Shown: positions 9,601-18,611, numbered from the stretch's first letter. The stretch: 64,000 nt of DNA from Cyanophora paradoxa CCMP329 (GCA_004431415.1 QPMI01000424.1:15654-79653), one strand, 5' to 3'. Notes: generated by a model not told the origin, from the letters alone. Translations and numbers: made by a program.

Positions 9601-10982
9601 TTGAATATATAGATGTGCTTGTTGTGAATCATAAAGTGAATATTGCGGGGAAATATGTTTTTGTTAATCGATTCCGCCGCGAATTTGTATATTAACTTTC
9701 CGTCGACATCAAAGACGCGGAAGCCTGTCTGGATTCTCTTACAGAATTTCTCGATATGGCGGAGGGTGAGAGCCAGAGAGTCGCCAGGTGTGCGCTCACG
9801 ACCGTGAAAGAATTTATAGAGACCGTCGTACGACATAGTTAAGTCAGTATATCGCGGTTTTGGCGCCTCCTGACACTTCTTAATGGACGCTCCCCATGTG
9901 GAGATGATCATATCATAGCCGCAAGCGTTAGATGTCGATGATTTGGGAAGCTCTATTAGATCTTCGAACTCAGACGCGTTTGGATTTAATGTATAGTCTG
10001 TGAATTTGCTCATAATCGCGGTGCATCGCATACTGTCCATTAGCTCCTCATCCAGGAACGCGTAGCGATTGCCAGGTATAGCGCCGGCTCCATCATCATC
10101 CTCAGCCGCTTCGGCTCCATCAATCGCGATTTCGTGGACAGTTACAAAGGCATCATCGATGCTACTACCGAAGTCCACTAAGATTTCACGTAGTTTTCTC
10201 TGTTCCGCGGTTGGTGGTGTCTTAAAGAAGAACACCTCGTATGCTTCGCCGAAAGTTCCCAGACCCATAGCCAATTCATCATAGTTTTCGAGTAAATAGA
10301 AGATTGAATCGCTCTCTTCCGAATAATAACGATTTTGATCGGGTCGAATGAGAACTCCATACGCTTTATCGATTTTTGCCAGAGCAAAGTTTCGCAACAC
10401 CCTCACCGAAACTGTCTCTCTTATATTGCGGTAGGTGACAAAGGTTCTATCTGGTATATTTAATTCGGGAATTCCGGGACGAACGAGCATATCCGACGAC
10501 CGAGCACCGGATCCAGGCGCCCACATCTTGAACGTAATTGTTGCGAGAGTTTCCGGATCGTATGCGGCGATTGGGTCGAGAATAGTGCGTTTGATCGCAT
10601 CCTCTACCGCTTTTAGTTTACCTCTCTGCTGCTTTGCTTCGAGCTTCGCTTCTTTCGCTCGTTTCTGTTCTTGCTTGCGATCGAAGCGCTGTAAACGCTT
10701 AGCCTCTTGTTCTTTTTGCTTCTGCTTTTCTATATTAACTTGGGTGCGAGCGGCGCGCTTTTCTTTCCGCTCTGCCCTGCGGAAAACGCGGGGATTAATG
10801 ATTCCATTCAGAGTATCCCGAATGTCGATCAGCGTTTGGAGCTTGGGCTTCCGATTCATTGTGTTGTGCATCGCCCAATGCGCCTGTTCTTCGGTTAGCA
10901 AATCCTGACTCAATCCCTGCATAATGTATCCGATAATTTCATCCCGAACATTGTTAGCGATTCTGTTGGTTGCGCGCGGCAT
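6663..10982 (-). CDS. Protein-primed family B DNA polymerase fused to an SF1B (RecD/Pif1-like) helicase and a C-terminal HNH-like domain
   Basis: PolB motifs DMAKCYPS, K..LVKEIGMLGK and IRTDC. Helicase motifs PGSGKST, DEIF, GDTYQN, TGHSTQGLT and YTALTR. C-terminus CALC..VDRINN..H...NC..CN. Confidence 0.85.
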   Translation of the reverse strand: MPRATNRIANNVRDEIIGYIMQGLSQDLLTEEQAHWAMHNTMNRKPKLQTLIDIRDTLNGIINPRVFRRAERKEKRAARTQVNIEKQKQKEQEAKRLQRFDRKQEQKRAKEAKLEAKQQRGKLKAVEDAIKRTILDPIAAYDPETLATITFKMWAPGSGARSSDMLVRPGIPELNIPDRTFVTYRNIRETVSVRVLRNFALAKIDKAYGVLIRPDQNRYYSEESDSIFYLLENYDELAMGLGTFGEAYEVFFFKTPPTAEQRKLREILVDFGSSIDDAFVTVHEIAIDGAEAAEDDDGAGAIPGNRYAFLDEELMDSMRCTAIMSKFTDYTLNPNASEFEDLIELPKSSTSNACGYDMIISTWGASIKKCQEAPKPRYTDLTMSYDGLYKFFHGRERTPGDSLALTLRHIEKFCKRIQTGFRVFDVDGKLIYKFAAESINKNIFPRNIHFMIHNKHIYIFNDNIKSLEMRMAKMEVEELDNHVPKSNSSLALYKIPTCLTHDIFAHTSKDLLKITQLKLSPDERSFIRILYTGREGLEGLLFTFLKMRYEPAVKLTPSKQIDSITFKANGSMFSIKDPRTTDHFIEQDFETEEYYNKVCEIGKGFRESLLNATNISHYSPNMREILTHYKRSALSGYFYKPNPKATYTAVDMAKCYPSILKGMQYLPKYNVFDDFVPFKVGSDILEYAIYYVRVVAFEREQATFADDEDVDYDAAMSRKIDGVEIILDRAFSVSGRCYNFMTGYTLAMHWADVKDKIEIIAVAEPSHLVPNTSIAEMKKVLSSDIQTTDKKHILVKEIGMLGKFQDSQTSTKMFYNRAEAERFAQECGGTVEVFTFNPKNSKRVKTLSEFEGHIYFVKISSHRELVNGFLPIHFHIYDRNRANMFAQYKRLTARGHKVAGIRTDCLYIEGSWTSKKEFDRNAFENMGKFSYIPGKRCPENALRPPRGVTLEFQDPETLINRFSLRDEFNPECFNWVAELHNRMLVLADMPGSGKSTLGINCFASQKSNCLVICPYNKQCAELRDSLKVRGIENITVRTLYNVLGIRVSNDQTYEEAMSEKDQRAFVSEFSHIMFDEIFAYSVKDLAKIKSFIDRYPDIKYLANGDTYQNEPINDELSVSDRKGYYKRAVQSMFPNVLSLRINKRHKKETDRELIRAIKEDLFENGLEAAQIISKYGLPTINDLNAIPDGYFGIAYRNEMTLAYNKLMHDRRKVNIATVEVNGIKFYKGLEVVCRRYLRISRSEGESINAYTNYTYRITKITKQMVTLTDVFDGVTFEVPCAMLEHFSLPYAGTGHSTQGLTLDSGIVICEATFRYTTREWFYTALTRNRDLSTVLIYTPIHKFQGKSDYIEYLKTKIRGYKCQDQRAGRDFDEADYITPEWILERKKQQKGACALCSLPIPIEPQDPNYKLVVDRINNRRPHLKDNCQLAHHGCNCSKK

Positions 10983-11004
10983 CTCTATTAGTTCTTTTAA
11001 AATA

Positions 11005-11024
11005 ACCGGAGAAAATAATTTCGG
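11005..11024 (-). promoter_or_regulatory. Putative promoter motif upstream of pPolB
   Basis: Same 20-mer as 5236-5255. Confidence 0.7.
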
Positions 11025-11151
11025 CGCAATCTACCAAATCCTCCTTTTCATACCCTTGTCGCCAATTCTTTAAGTGCTTTTTTGACGGATACGGGGAATA
11101 AAAAGGGAGGTAAAAAATTAATCATTTTTTGCATCGTACGGATACTTTCCG

Positions 11152-11565
11152 CTACGAATTTTTTGCGTTCTCGACGACATGCTTTCGGGGTCTCCCAGCG
11201 GGCTTTTGCGGCTGGGGCTTCACCGGCGGATTCAGCTTTCGTTCCGCTCTTTTTCTGCGTTGGTATTCCCGTGCCTTTTCCCTGATTTTCTCCCGATACT
11301 CTTCATCGTCTTGGTATCGCTGCTGTTTACGAATTGCGATCTTTTGTAGCTGCTCCGGGGTAAATACGGTCGCTTCCCCTGCGGCTAATCGCTCCTGTTT
11401 CTGTCTCTGATGCTTGTTTCGCTGCCTCTCGGCGTCTTTTTCGCGTTTTAGTCTTAATCTCTCCGCCTTCTCCTCTTCTGTGATCACCTTCTTCGGTCGC
11501 CCGGGTCTGCGCTTTTCTTGCTGTGCCGCCATTGCCTCTTGGTTTGAAATCTTGGGTTTCGCCAT
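11152..11565 (-). CDS. Basic Lys/Arg-rich protein with two AT-hook-like motifs
   Basis: RRPGRPKK and AGRPRKH flank a charged helix. Conserved in Element 2. Confidence 0.75.
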   Translation of the reverse strand: MAKPKISNQEAMAAQQEKRRPGRPKKVITEEEKAERLRLKREKDAERQRNKHQRQKQERLAAGEATVFTPEQLQKIAIRKQQRYQDDEEYREKIREKAREYQRRKRAERKLNPPVKPQPQKPAGRPRKHVVENAKNS

Positions 11566-11689
11566 TTACTATAACCGGAGAAAATAGTTTTTTGTCACTC
11601 TGTATTATTTCCCTTGCCCTTATATACCTTTTACCGAAACCTTCAATTTTTGCGCTCGGATCGATACAAGCGCCACCGAAATTCACCGC

Positions 11690-12103
11690 TCAATAACCGT
11701 TCCAGACGGTTCGTTCTTGTTGCTGAGGATATACATAAGGGTTTGTTAAGCTGTCATCGTCGCCTAACGCCATTTGATCCAATCTATACATCGGATAAGG
11801 TGAATCAGCGCGAAAATGCCCTTCCACAAATTCAGGACATGAGCGCCTTCTAATATGCTCTACATGCACGTCCTCTATCTGAGCGGCTTCGATATTAGAA
11901 CTCATAGCCGCGGGCACAGGCGAGGGCGATCGAGATCGTGGGTGGTTGTGATTGTCGCTGTGGTTAGAATATACAGAAAGGCGCCTACCTCCATGGTCTT
12001 CATCTGTAATATCAACCTCTACGGTTGTGTCGCAGCAAGAGTTGTGGCACGTGCTCGTGAAATGTAAATGAAACATTTCGATGCATTGTGTGATGAAATT
12101 CAT
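11690..12103 (-). CDS. Hypothetical protein
   Basis: Conserved in Element 2 and preceded by the TATTTTCTCCG motif. Confidence 0.65.
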   Translation of the reverse strand: MNFITQCIEMFHLHFTSTCHNSCCDTTVEVDITDEDHGGRRLSVYSNHSDNHNHPRSRSPSPVPAAMSSNIEAAQIEDVHVEHIRRRSCPEFVEGHFRADSPYPMYRLDQMALGDDDSLTNPYVYPQQQERTVWNGY

Positions 12104-12152
12104 CGATCCTACAAGGACGCAACGTATTAAATATCGGAGAAAATAAAAGGGA

Positions 12153-12311
12153 ATGAGGCTATTGCTTGCTCGTGTGTTTCCTTATGAGTTGGTCGACCTT
12201 ATAATGCTGTTTATGGAGCCGACATGCCCGTTTTGCAAGGGCGTTCATATTAAGACCCGCTCTAAATACGGGCGGGTTCAGCTTTGCCTTGCGGATATTC
12301 ACAGTCATTAG
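12153..12311 (+). CDS. Small 52-aa protein, possibly Zn-binding (not in the ORF track)
   Basis: My translation: MRLLLARVFPYELVDLIMLFMEPTCPFCKGVHIKTRSKYGRVQLCLADIHSH. It fills the intergenic gap, and a homologous start is at 51302(-). Confidence 0.45.
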   Translation: MRLLLARVFPYELVDLIMLFMEPTCPFCKGVHIKTRSKYGRVQLCLADIHSH

Positions 12312-12991
12312 CGGATATGGCGTTTACCACCGAGCATTGCGGCATAATTCACGGGTGCGGTCGGCACAATATGTGCATATTGCGGGGCGACCGATTGCTG
12401 ACGAGTTACGGCTTGCGCATCTGTCTTTTCCTCCTTTTTAATTTCCTCTACGTCGACTTTTTGCTTTAATCCGAGTTTGGAGATCTCTTTCTTTACGAGA
12501 CCCTTTAATTTCTTGCGTTCGTTATAATCTTGCATCCATTTCTCATAGTTAGAGACTTTCATTTCAAGGTCTCGCACTTTCTCTTCGAAGCTCATGACAA
12601 CGTCGACAGGAACCGTGTGTTTTTGATAGGATCCGCGCTTTTTAAGCTCGGTTTCGGCGGCTTTCGGGACGTCTTGCGTTTTGTGTTGGCTTGCGACAAC
12701 TTGCGCTTTAATTACTTTGTCGGTTGCTTCATCAACAGAGCCGCCTCCAATCTGTGGTTTTACAGTAGCTAAATCCTCCATTTGTCGTTTACCGCTATCT
12801 TGGTTGCCCTTGTCCGCGGTGGCACTCGCAATAATCGCCTCTTGCTTGGCGACCTCTTCTGGCGAAGTGTCTACAAGATATTCGGGCATTTCGAGACCGC
12901 CACCCGACGTTAATCCAGACTCTTCAAGTCCGCGATTAGGATTACCAGAAGCGACCGTTTGTAGGGTTTGAGGCTTCTTTCGGTAGACCAT
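12308..12991 (-). CDS. Hypothetical coiled-coil protein
   Basis: 227-aa ORF directly downstream of the ATPase. Conserved in Element 2. Confidence 0.75.
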   Translation of the reverse strand: MVYRKKPQTLQTVASGNPNRGLEESGLTSGGGLEMPEYLVDTSPEEVAKQEAIIASATADKGNQDSGKRQMEDLATVKPQIGGGSVDEATDKVIKAQVVASQHKTQDVPKAAETELKKRGSYQKHTVPVDVVMSFEEKVRDLEMKVSNYEKWMQDYNERKKLKGLVKKEISKLGLKQKVDVEEIKKEEKTDAQAVTRQQSVAPQYAHIVPTAPVNYAAMLGGKRHIR

Positions 12992-12993
12992 GA

Positions 12994-13860
12994 TTATCTT
13001 CTCTTACATTTGATTAACATTTTCTTTTTCTTAGGCGAAATTTGGGAAAGTTTGGGGATACCTTCAAGCTCACGTTCAAATTTGGATAAAGTTTTACAGA
13101 CAGTTGTCGAATCTTTGACAGGCGGCGGTTTTGTAGCTTGCTCCTCTTGCTGTTTGCGCTTCTTTTCTTCAAAAGCCGCCCGCTTGTGGAATTTAGTAAA
13201 CGGATGGTCATCGATCATATCGGCTTTTTCTACCCACCATCGCACAGAATACCCGGTATTATCGTGAATGATCGCTTGGTAGCTATGACAGAATTCTTGG
13301 AACATGCGCTTGAAACTCTCTTTATCCATGTTCCCGAATTCCTCGTGATATGCTTCAAACTCTCGCATGTTTGACCAGCTTAGGAATATGATATACTCCG
13401 CATTGCTGCGAATGATCGTTGAAAGCTTTGTTAGTTTCTGCGATATTAAAGCCACGGAACAAAACGTATGACGACCTTGCGCCATCAATTTATTTAGCAA
13501 ATGATCGCGCGAAAGATCGATAGTTCCGGACTCCAAACAATCGTCGAGCACAATGAGAATATTCTTTGGTTTCTTACCCGCGATGATGGCTTTTTTGCGG
13601 GCTTCTATGATCGACTCTACATATTCCGGTTTCCAGGTATCATGCACTTCGTCTGTTATTTGTCCCCAGAAACCGTTGAAACTCGTAGGACAGAAAACCA
13701 GAACATACGAGATCTGATCTTCGAGTTCTTTGATCAGCCACTTTAAAAATACCGACTTTCCACAATTGGTTTTCGCCAATAAGAGAAATCGTGCGGGAAG
13801 TTTCACCCTCTGTTTCGGGTTCCATTCTTCGAGATCCATGGGCGTCGTCCCTTTTTGCAT
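12994..13860 (-). CDS. A32-like (FtsK-HerA) genome packaging ATPase
   Basis: Walker A AKTNCGKS, Walker B LIVLDD, QGRH arginine finger, ISQ and IIRSNA. Start placed at MQKG. Confidence 0.92.
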   Translation of the reverse strand: MQKGTTPMDLEEWNPKQRVKLPARFLLLAKTNCGKSVFLKWLIKELEDQISYVLVFCPTSFNGFWGQITDEVHDTWKPEYVESIIEARKKAIIAGKKPKNILIVLDDCLESGTIDLSRDHLLNKLMAQGRHTFCSVALISQKLTKLSTIIRSNAEYIIFLSWSNMREFEAYHEEFGNMDKESFKRMFQEFCHSYQAIIHDNTGYSVRWWVEKADMIDDHPFTKFHKRAAFEEKKRKQQEEQATKPPPVKDSTTVCKTLSKFERELEGIPKLSQISPKKKKMLIKCKRR

Positions 13861-13918
13861 TCTTTCACTATAAAAACAATAGAAAAATAAGACTGAATGT
13901 GGTAATCGCACGAATTCC

Positions 13919-15232
13919 TTAGCTACTTACTCTTCGGATACCGTCGGCACCAATTATCATTATGTTATGAGCGAGGGCAATGCACTGAATTTGCATCTTC
14001 TGATAAGCGGCACCCGCATACCACTCCTCATTACCGACTCCACCGGCTGTGACACCATTGAATTCGAAGACCAGATCGAACGCCGATGTGCCTGTGGCAT
14101 CGATGTAGCCCGTGTTCTCTTGGTTGAGAAGCGACGCCTTTCCGTTTCCAGCACCGAAGTAAATGCCAGAGAGAGCCGGGTAGCTTGTGCTCTCGGTGAA
14201 AATCGCCGAATTATATTTATCTTGAAGTTCGGTCGCGGCAATCATGAGAGGAAGCGAAGTATTCGAGTAGAGGCGGTTATTGTTGAGTTCCACATAGAAG
14301 CTTACAGCGTTGGTTCGGAGTGCACGAGGAGCCAGAACCGAGAGAGTTCCGTTGTTCACCTTGGTCTTCGCGTTTTGGCGCACAGAGAATACGAGAGTGT
14401 GGATGAGACCCGCACCTGTGAGTTGCGAGAGATTGACTCGCGAACCGGAGGCGGTCGGCTGGAAATCTGTGTGGAGGAAACCGATTTCGTTGTAGGGGAT
14501 CGCGATACCAGTCGATTTAACACGGGCAATGGTCTCAGATACAACCGCCTCATCGGCATTTACGACCTTGCAGATAATGCGGGGTTTCAGCACTTGAAGG
14601 GAAGCGCCATTGTTGGTAACCGCAATATTGGCAACATTGTTAGTATCCTCAATGATACCATCACCAATCGCCTTGAATTCGATTTCGACCACGATCTCAG
14701 AGTTCAGAGCGCAAAGTGGGAACATCGCCTTCTCGAAAGGAGAGGGTAAATCGATTTCGTAGGTTCCACCGACAGTGTTACCAGCGGTTCCGACAAGACC
14801 ACCCACATAGCGAAGTTTCTTATCGAGTTCGCCCTGTTCGGTCATCAGTAGAAAATACTGGGTGACGAAATCCTCTGGGACAACGTAGCGGAATGAAGCG
14901 TGAGAGATTTCGATGCGCTTAATTAGCGATCCAATAACGCGAAGGTAGCCAGTAGTTCCAGCGACACCATTCGTGAGATCAGTGAGGGTGATCGGGTTAA
15001 GATCGAGTTGCAGCGCGAGACCATTCAGGAAATGGTAGCGGGGGATTTTGAAGACAACTCGGTTGCCGAGAGCGCTGGGTGGCTCAGTGTCGGGGGCGAC
15101 CAGAACTCGAAGTGGCTTAGTGCCAGAGGACGTTCCAATGACCAGCGACTTGTTTAGGAAATAATCCTTGTAGTCATCGGTGGTGAGCATAGATTTCAGC
15201 GTTGGGCGCTGGAATTGGCTGTTAGTCTCCAT
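13919..15232 (-). CDS. Double jelly-roll major capsid protein
   Basis: VVFKIPR, IKRIEIS, IDLPSPF..FPLCAL..I.VEIEF, and a C-terminal N+..I..G motif. About 437 aa and adjacent to the ATPase and pentons. Confidence 0.85.
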   Translation of the reverse strand: METNSQFQRPTLKSMLTTDDYKDYFLNKSLVIGTSSGTKPLRVLVAPDTEPPSALGNRVVFKIPRYHFLNGLALQLDLNPITLTDLTNGVAGTTGYLRVIGSLIKRIEISHASFRYVVPEDFVTQYFLLMTEQGELDKKLRYVGGLVGTAGNTVGGTYEIDLPSPFEKAMFPLCALNSEIVVEIEFKAIGDGIIEDTNNVANIAVTNNGASLQVLKPRIICKVVNADEAVVSETIARVKSTGIAIPYNEIGFLHTDFQPTASGSRVNLSQLTGAGLIHTLVFSVRQNAKTKVNNGTLSVLAPRALRTNAVSFYVELNNNRLYSNTSLPLMIAATELQDKYNSAIFTESTSYPALSGIYFGAGNGKASLLNQENTGYIDATGTSAFDLVFEFNGVTAGGVGNEEWYAGAAYQKMQIQCIALAHNIMIIGADGIRRVSS

Positions 15233-15279
15233 GAGCGTTTCTTCTCTTATCTTTGGGATCAGAAAATAATTTACAGGGC

Positions 15280-16206
15280 TCAATAGAAATTCATTTCGGG
15301 CGGTGCGTCGTAGGTTTCGATTTCAAAAGTGAAATAATGCGCCCAAACCCCGAAATCTAAGAGAGCGCCATCATGGTCGATGAGTTTAATCGTGAGGCGG
15401 TCGAAAGATTTTAATTCGCGGAATTCACGAATGAGAGGCACAGTAGTGGACGTGTCGAAGTGGTAGATATCACCATGTTCGAGTTCCTGTGGGATTGGAA
15501 TGCGCATGAAATAACCGTCGACGTGCTTGTTGACTGAGCGAATAAACGGCGCGAATTCGTCAATATATAGCCAGATCATCGAAGCCGGGGTCTCATCTCC
15601 ACGAGTATAGCCACGAATGCGTCGATTGAGCGTCACAGTTCCCGTCCCAGGATTGAACACAAGGAATGTATCGTTTGCAAGAGGTGTAAATGTCTCGTAA
15701 ACATATAGTTGAATATCTTTGAAACCGAATATTGCGAGTTTCTTAGCGATTGCTTTGCGGTTACTGGATTTTCTGAGTGTTTCAGGGGAAGCTTTGGAGA
15801 ACTTGAACCAAAAGTTACTATCACTGAAAAACTCATAGATCTTTGAAGTAGTATTATAGCGGCATTTAATATATTTTCCACCGAAATCTGAAAGGCGAGC
15901 TGCTTCGAGTCTTTCTGTGACTTTTGCGGCAAGGTCGTCTTTGGTGTAAAATCCTTTGGGGATTGTGATGGTCACGAATCCGGAATCCGAAGCTGTGACC
16001 GAGAAATAGAGTTCCATGCGCTCGATGGTTGCACCAGTGGCGTCGATATCGTTCGTCACAGTTGAAAGAACATTCGGAACCGTTGCCTGCACCAGGCGCA
16101 CCGATTTTACGTTGTCATAGCGACGGGGTAATGTCACTACATACTTGTTTGGCTGTGTGAACTCCTCGTCGCGATCATCGCTCGAAAAGCTCAGGTATTC
16201 TTTCAT
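15280..16206 (-). CDS. Minor capsid (penton) protein 1
   Basis: SSDDRD..L...Y.NVKSVRL..ATVPN, IPKGFYT and LTIKLID.DG..LDF..FTFEI. Confidence 0.8.
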   Translation of the reverse strand: MKEYLSFSSDDRDEEFTQPNKYVVTLPRRYDNVKSVRLVQATVPNVLSTVTNDIDATGATIERMELYFSVTASDSGFVTITIPKGFYTKDDLAAKVTERLEAARLSDFGGKYIKCRYNTTSKIYEFFSDSNFWFKFSKASPETLRKSSNRKAIAKKLAIFGFKDIQLYVYETFTPLANDTFLVFNPGTGTVTLNRRIRGYTRGDETPASMIWLYIDEFAPFIRSVNKHVDGYFMRIPIPQELEHGDIYHFDTSTTVPLIREFRELKSFDRLTIKLIDHDGALLDFGVWAHYFTFEIETYDAPPEMNFY

Positions 16207-16222
16207 CTTACTATAATAGATT

Positions 16223-17068
16223 ATGAAAAGAATAACAATAAATTGCGACAGTAGAGACCTTGAAAATGGCGTGCTGCACTTGAAAACGCGCCTTAATAAT
16301 GTACGACGATTTCGTGTGCTATCCGCTGAGATTCCCAATAGCTCTTATGTTGTTCCGCCCGATCAGACAATTACTATAACGCTTCTGAACGAAGAGCCCA
16401 CGGTAATCCCCGCATCCAAAATGATAGCACCGATTCCCAGCGTAAACGATTATTATTACGTTGATGCTGATAACGAACGATATCCGAAAGAGAGAGCTTT
16501 AAACAGTGATGCTTTACTCGGATTTGCGGGCGGTTCTTTTAATCCACTCGGTGTCTTCCCGGTTTCCTATTCTCTCGCTCTGTCCACAAACCGTTTCGTG
16601 TTCTCGTCTCCAAACAGCCCGTTTACATTAGAGTCCTCAGACCAGGAGCTCTGTGATTGTCTCGGCATAGAACCCGGAGTGGTTTACGCCAGCACACCAG
16701 AACCAGTGACGGTTCCACTCAGAGATTACCCCAGTCGCTATGCATTTACGTGCCCGAAAATGGTCGACTTTAATGCGATTCCATATATTTACCTTGATAT
16801 CGAAGAGCTCCGCCCGTTTACCAAATTCGCAGCGGTTACAGGTAGACTGAACAATGTCGACGACTCCTATCTATTGCGAATTCAGATGAACTCGGACTTT
16901 GGTAGATATTCCTTTTACCACGAACCGAGCGCAAGCATCCCTTTCGTAAATGTCACATCGCAACTCGATTTAGATCGTCTCACAATTTCGCTTCGAAAAT
17001 GGCGGGGCTCTGTTGCGGATATAAACGGTCTCTCATTCTCGTTCCAGCTCGAAGTGATCACGGATTAA
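16223..17068 (+). CDS. Minor capsid (penton) protein 2
   Basis: DSRD..L..RL.NV..FRVLSAEIPN, YIYLDIEEL and LDRLTISLR..G...D.NG.SFSFQLE. Confidence 0.8.
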   Translation: MKRITINCDSRDLENGVLHLKTRLNNVRRFRVLSAEIPNSSYVVPPDQTITITLLNEEPTVIPASKMIAPIPSVNDYYYVDADNERYPKERALNSDALLGFAGGSFNPLGVFPVSYSLALSTNRFVFSSPNSPFTLESSDQELCDCLGIEPGVVYASTPEPVTVPLRDYPSRYAFTCPKMVDFNAIPYIYLDIEELRPFTKFAAVTGRLNNVDDSYLLRIQMNSDFGRYSFYHEPSASIPFVNVTSQLDLDRLTISLRKWRGSVADINGLSFSFQLEVITD

Positions 17069-17074
17069 GCGCTG

Positions 17075-18568
17075 TCACACGTAGTAGCCCTCGAAATCAA
17101 TTCGGCATGCCGAAGCTACGTTCGTCGAGAGCACCCAGATTACGAGGGTTCTCACAGATCTCGGGTTCGCTAAGAAATGTTCGTCGGGCTCCGCACTTCC
17201 GGCTATTTGATTTGCATTGGTAAACACTCTCGTCGCGCCGGCTTCTGTGTATGTAACAAGCGCAGAAACTCCGGGAGTGAGCTGGTAATCGATCTCAAAC
17301 GTTTTAATATAGTTGCCATTCGCAGCCGGCTTCATTTTTATTGAGGAAAGCATGAACAGACGCGGAAAATCAATGCGTAAATAATTGCCTCCCGACCTAC
17401 TACCTTGCGGCGGGTTTGTAAATCCCACCCACCCCGTAGCATTTGACCAGCGGGCATTGGAGGCTGTGCCGAATTCCGCAATAAAGGCGCTATTATCGAG
17501 CGGCACCCAGTTAGACTCCGGGGGTGCACTTGTATCTGTGCACCCGGACAGATTAATTATGGGAACATCGCCCTCTGAGATATTCATGGTCAGCACTGAA
17601 TACATCGCATTAAAATACGTTTGCTGTGCGGAAACAAAGGTGAGGGCTTCCGTTTCCAAATATTGCAGGTGACTGGTCGTGATCGTATCGAGAGTCATTT
17701 TATCTTTCGGTAAAGGCACACTCAGCTTATAGTAGCGATCGTAGTTCTGATCATCATTTCTGGGTAAAAGTTCCAGTAGCTTTACGTGAGCGTTTAGATC
17801 GCTCGACTCTAAGAACATGCTGAGAATTGGCGATCCTGTGGCGCTTAGCATCCATTGCACGATCCCCCAATTTTTCATGGTGTCATACGAATATCCAGCT
17901 GTCGCTTTATCTAAGTCTTGGACGTGACCCGCCGTAATCGAAACCACGATAAGCTCCTCCTCGCAAGAGTTTCCGAATAAAGTGCGGGCGAATGTGTAGC
18001 CACAAACCCCGGGCGAATTATTTCCGCTCATGCAACCATCGATTAAACAGTATGTTCTCCCGGCGACTGTGACTTGTTTCGGCTCGAAATAGGTGGGAGC
18101 AGCCGAGGTAGCCCTTGCAGCATCTCGCACAAGCATCCCATTAATATCTTCGTCGTTGCTGGAAATAAAAACGGGGGACATTAAGACCGTGTCAAACGCA
18201 GTCACGATGGTGGGTTTATAGAGATCCGCCATGGTCGCTGAGCCGCAGAGTTCCAGAGCCACAGCTTCTAAGTTAGTTGCTTCGTACTTTGGGCGCTGTA
18301 CAATCGATGTAAGCACTCGTGGATTCGCGAAAATCAGCGGTAGCTTTGCTTTGTAGAGCGCCAGAATATCAGTGGCAGTATATTTAGGGGCGCCATCGGT
18401 TCCCTTGATATTCAATAGGAGCGCGATTAATCCACCTGTGGATGTTCCCGCAAAGCAGTCGAATAGCTGTTGGATTCGTTTACCTGTTTGTGCTTCAATC
18501 TGTGCCAGTATAGCAGCCTCGATTATTCCGCGCGACCCCCCTCCACTCAGACATAAAACGGTCTTCAT
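17075..18568 (-). CDS. Patatin-like phospholipase with a C-terminal discoidin (F5/8 type C)-like domain
   Basis: LSGGGSRG, GTSTGG (GxSxG), ATSAAPTYF and IDG. C-terminus W..NYLRIDF..YIKTFEIDY..RIDFEG. Confidence 0.9.
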   Translation of the reverse strand: MKTVLCLSGGGSRGIIEAAILAQIEAQTGKRIQQLFDCFAGTSTGGLIALLLNIKGTDGAPKYTATDILALYKAKLPLIFANPRVLTSIVQRPKYEATNLEAVALELCGSATMADLYKPTIVTAFDTVLMSPVFISSNDEDINGMLVRDAARATSAAPTYFEPKQVTVAGRTYCLIDGCMSGNNSPGVCGYTFARTLFGNSCEEELIVVSITAGHVQDLDKATAGYSYDTMKNWGIVQWMLSATGSPILSMFLESSDLNAHVKLLELLPRNDDQNYDRYYKLSVPLPKDKMTLDTITTSHLQYLETEALTFVSAQQTYFNAMYSVLTMNISEGDVPIINLSGCTDTSAPPESNWVPLDNSAFIAEFGTASNARWSNATGWVGFTNPPQGSRSGGNYLRIDFPRLFMLSSIKMKPAANGNYIKTFEIDYQLTPGVSALVTYTEAGATRVFTNANQIAGSAEPDEHFLANPRSVRTLVIWVLSTNVASACRIDFEGYYV

Positions 18569-18611
18569 TATCTTATATACTTCTTATATATCTTCTTTGT
18601 TTATAAAGAGG

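Noticed and set aside
13967-14749. 260-aa antisense ORF (also 47630-48412) and similar shadow ORFs
   Set aside because: They lie opposite MCP or other clear genes; their conservation follows from near-identical DNA.
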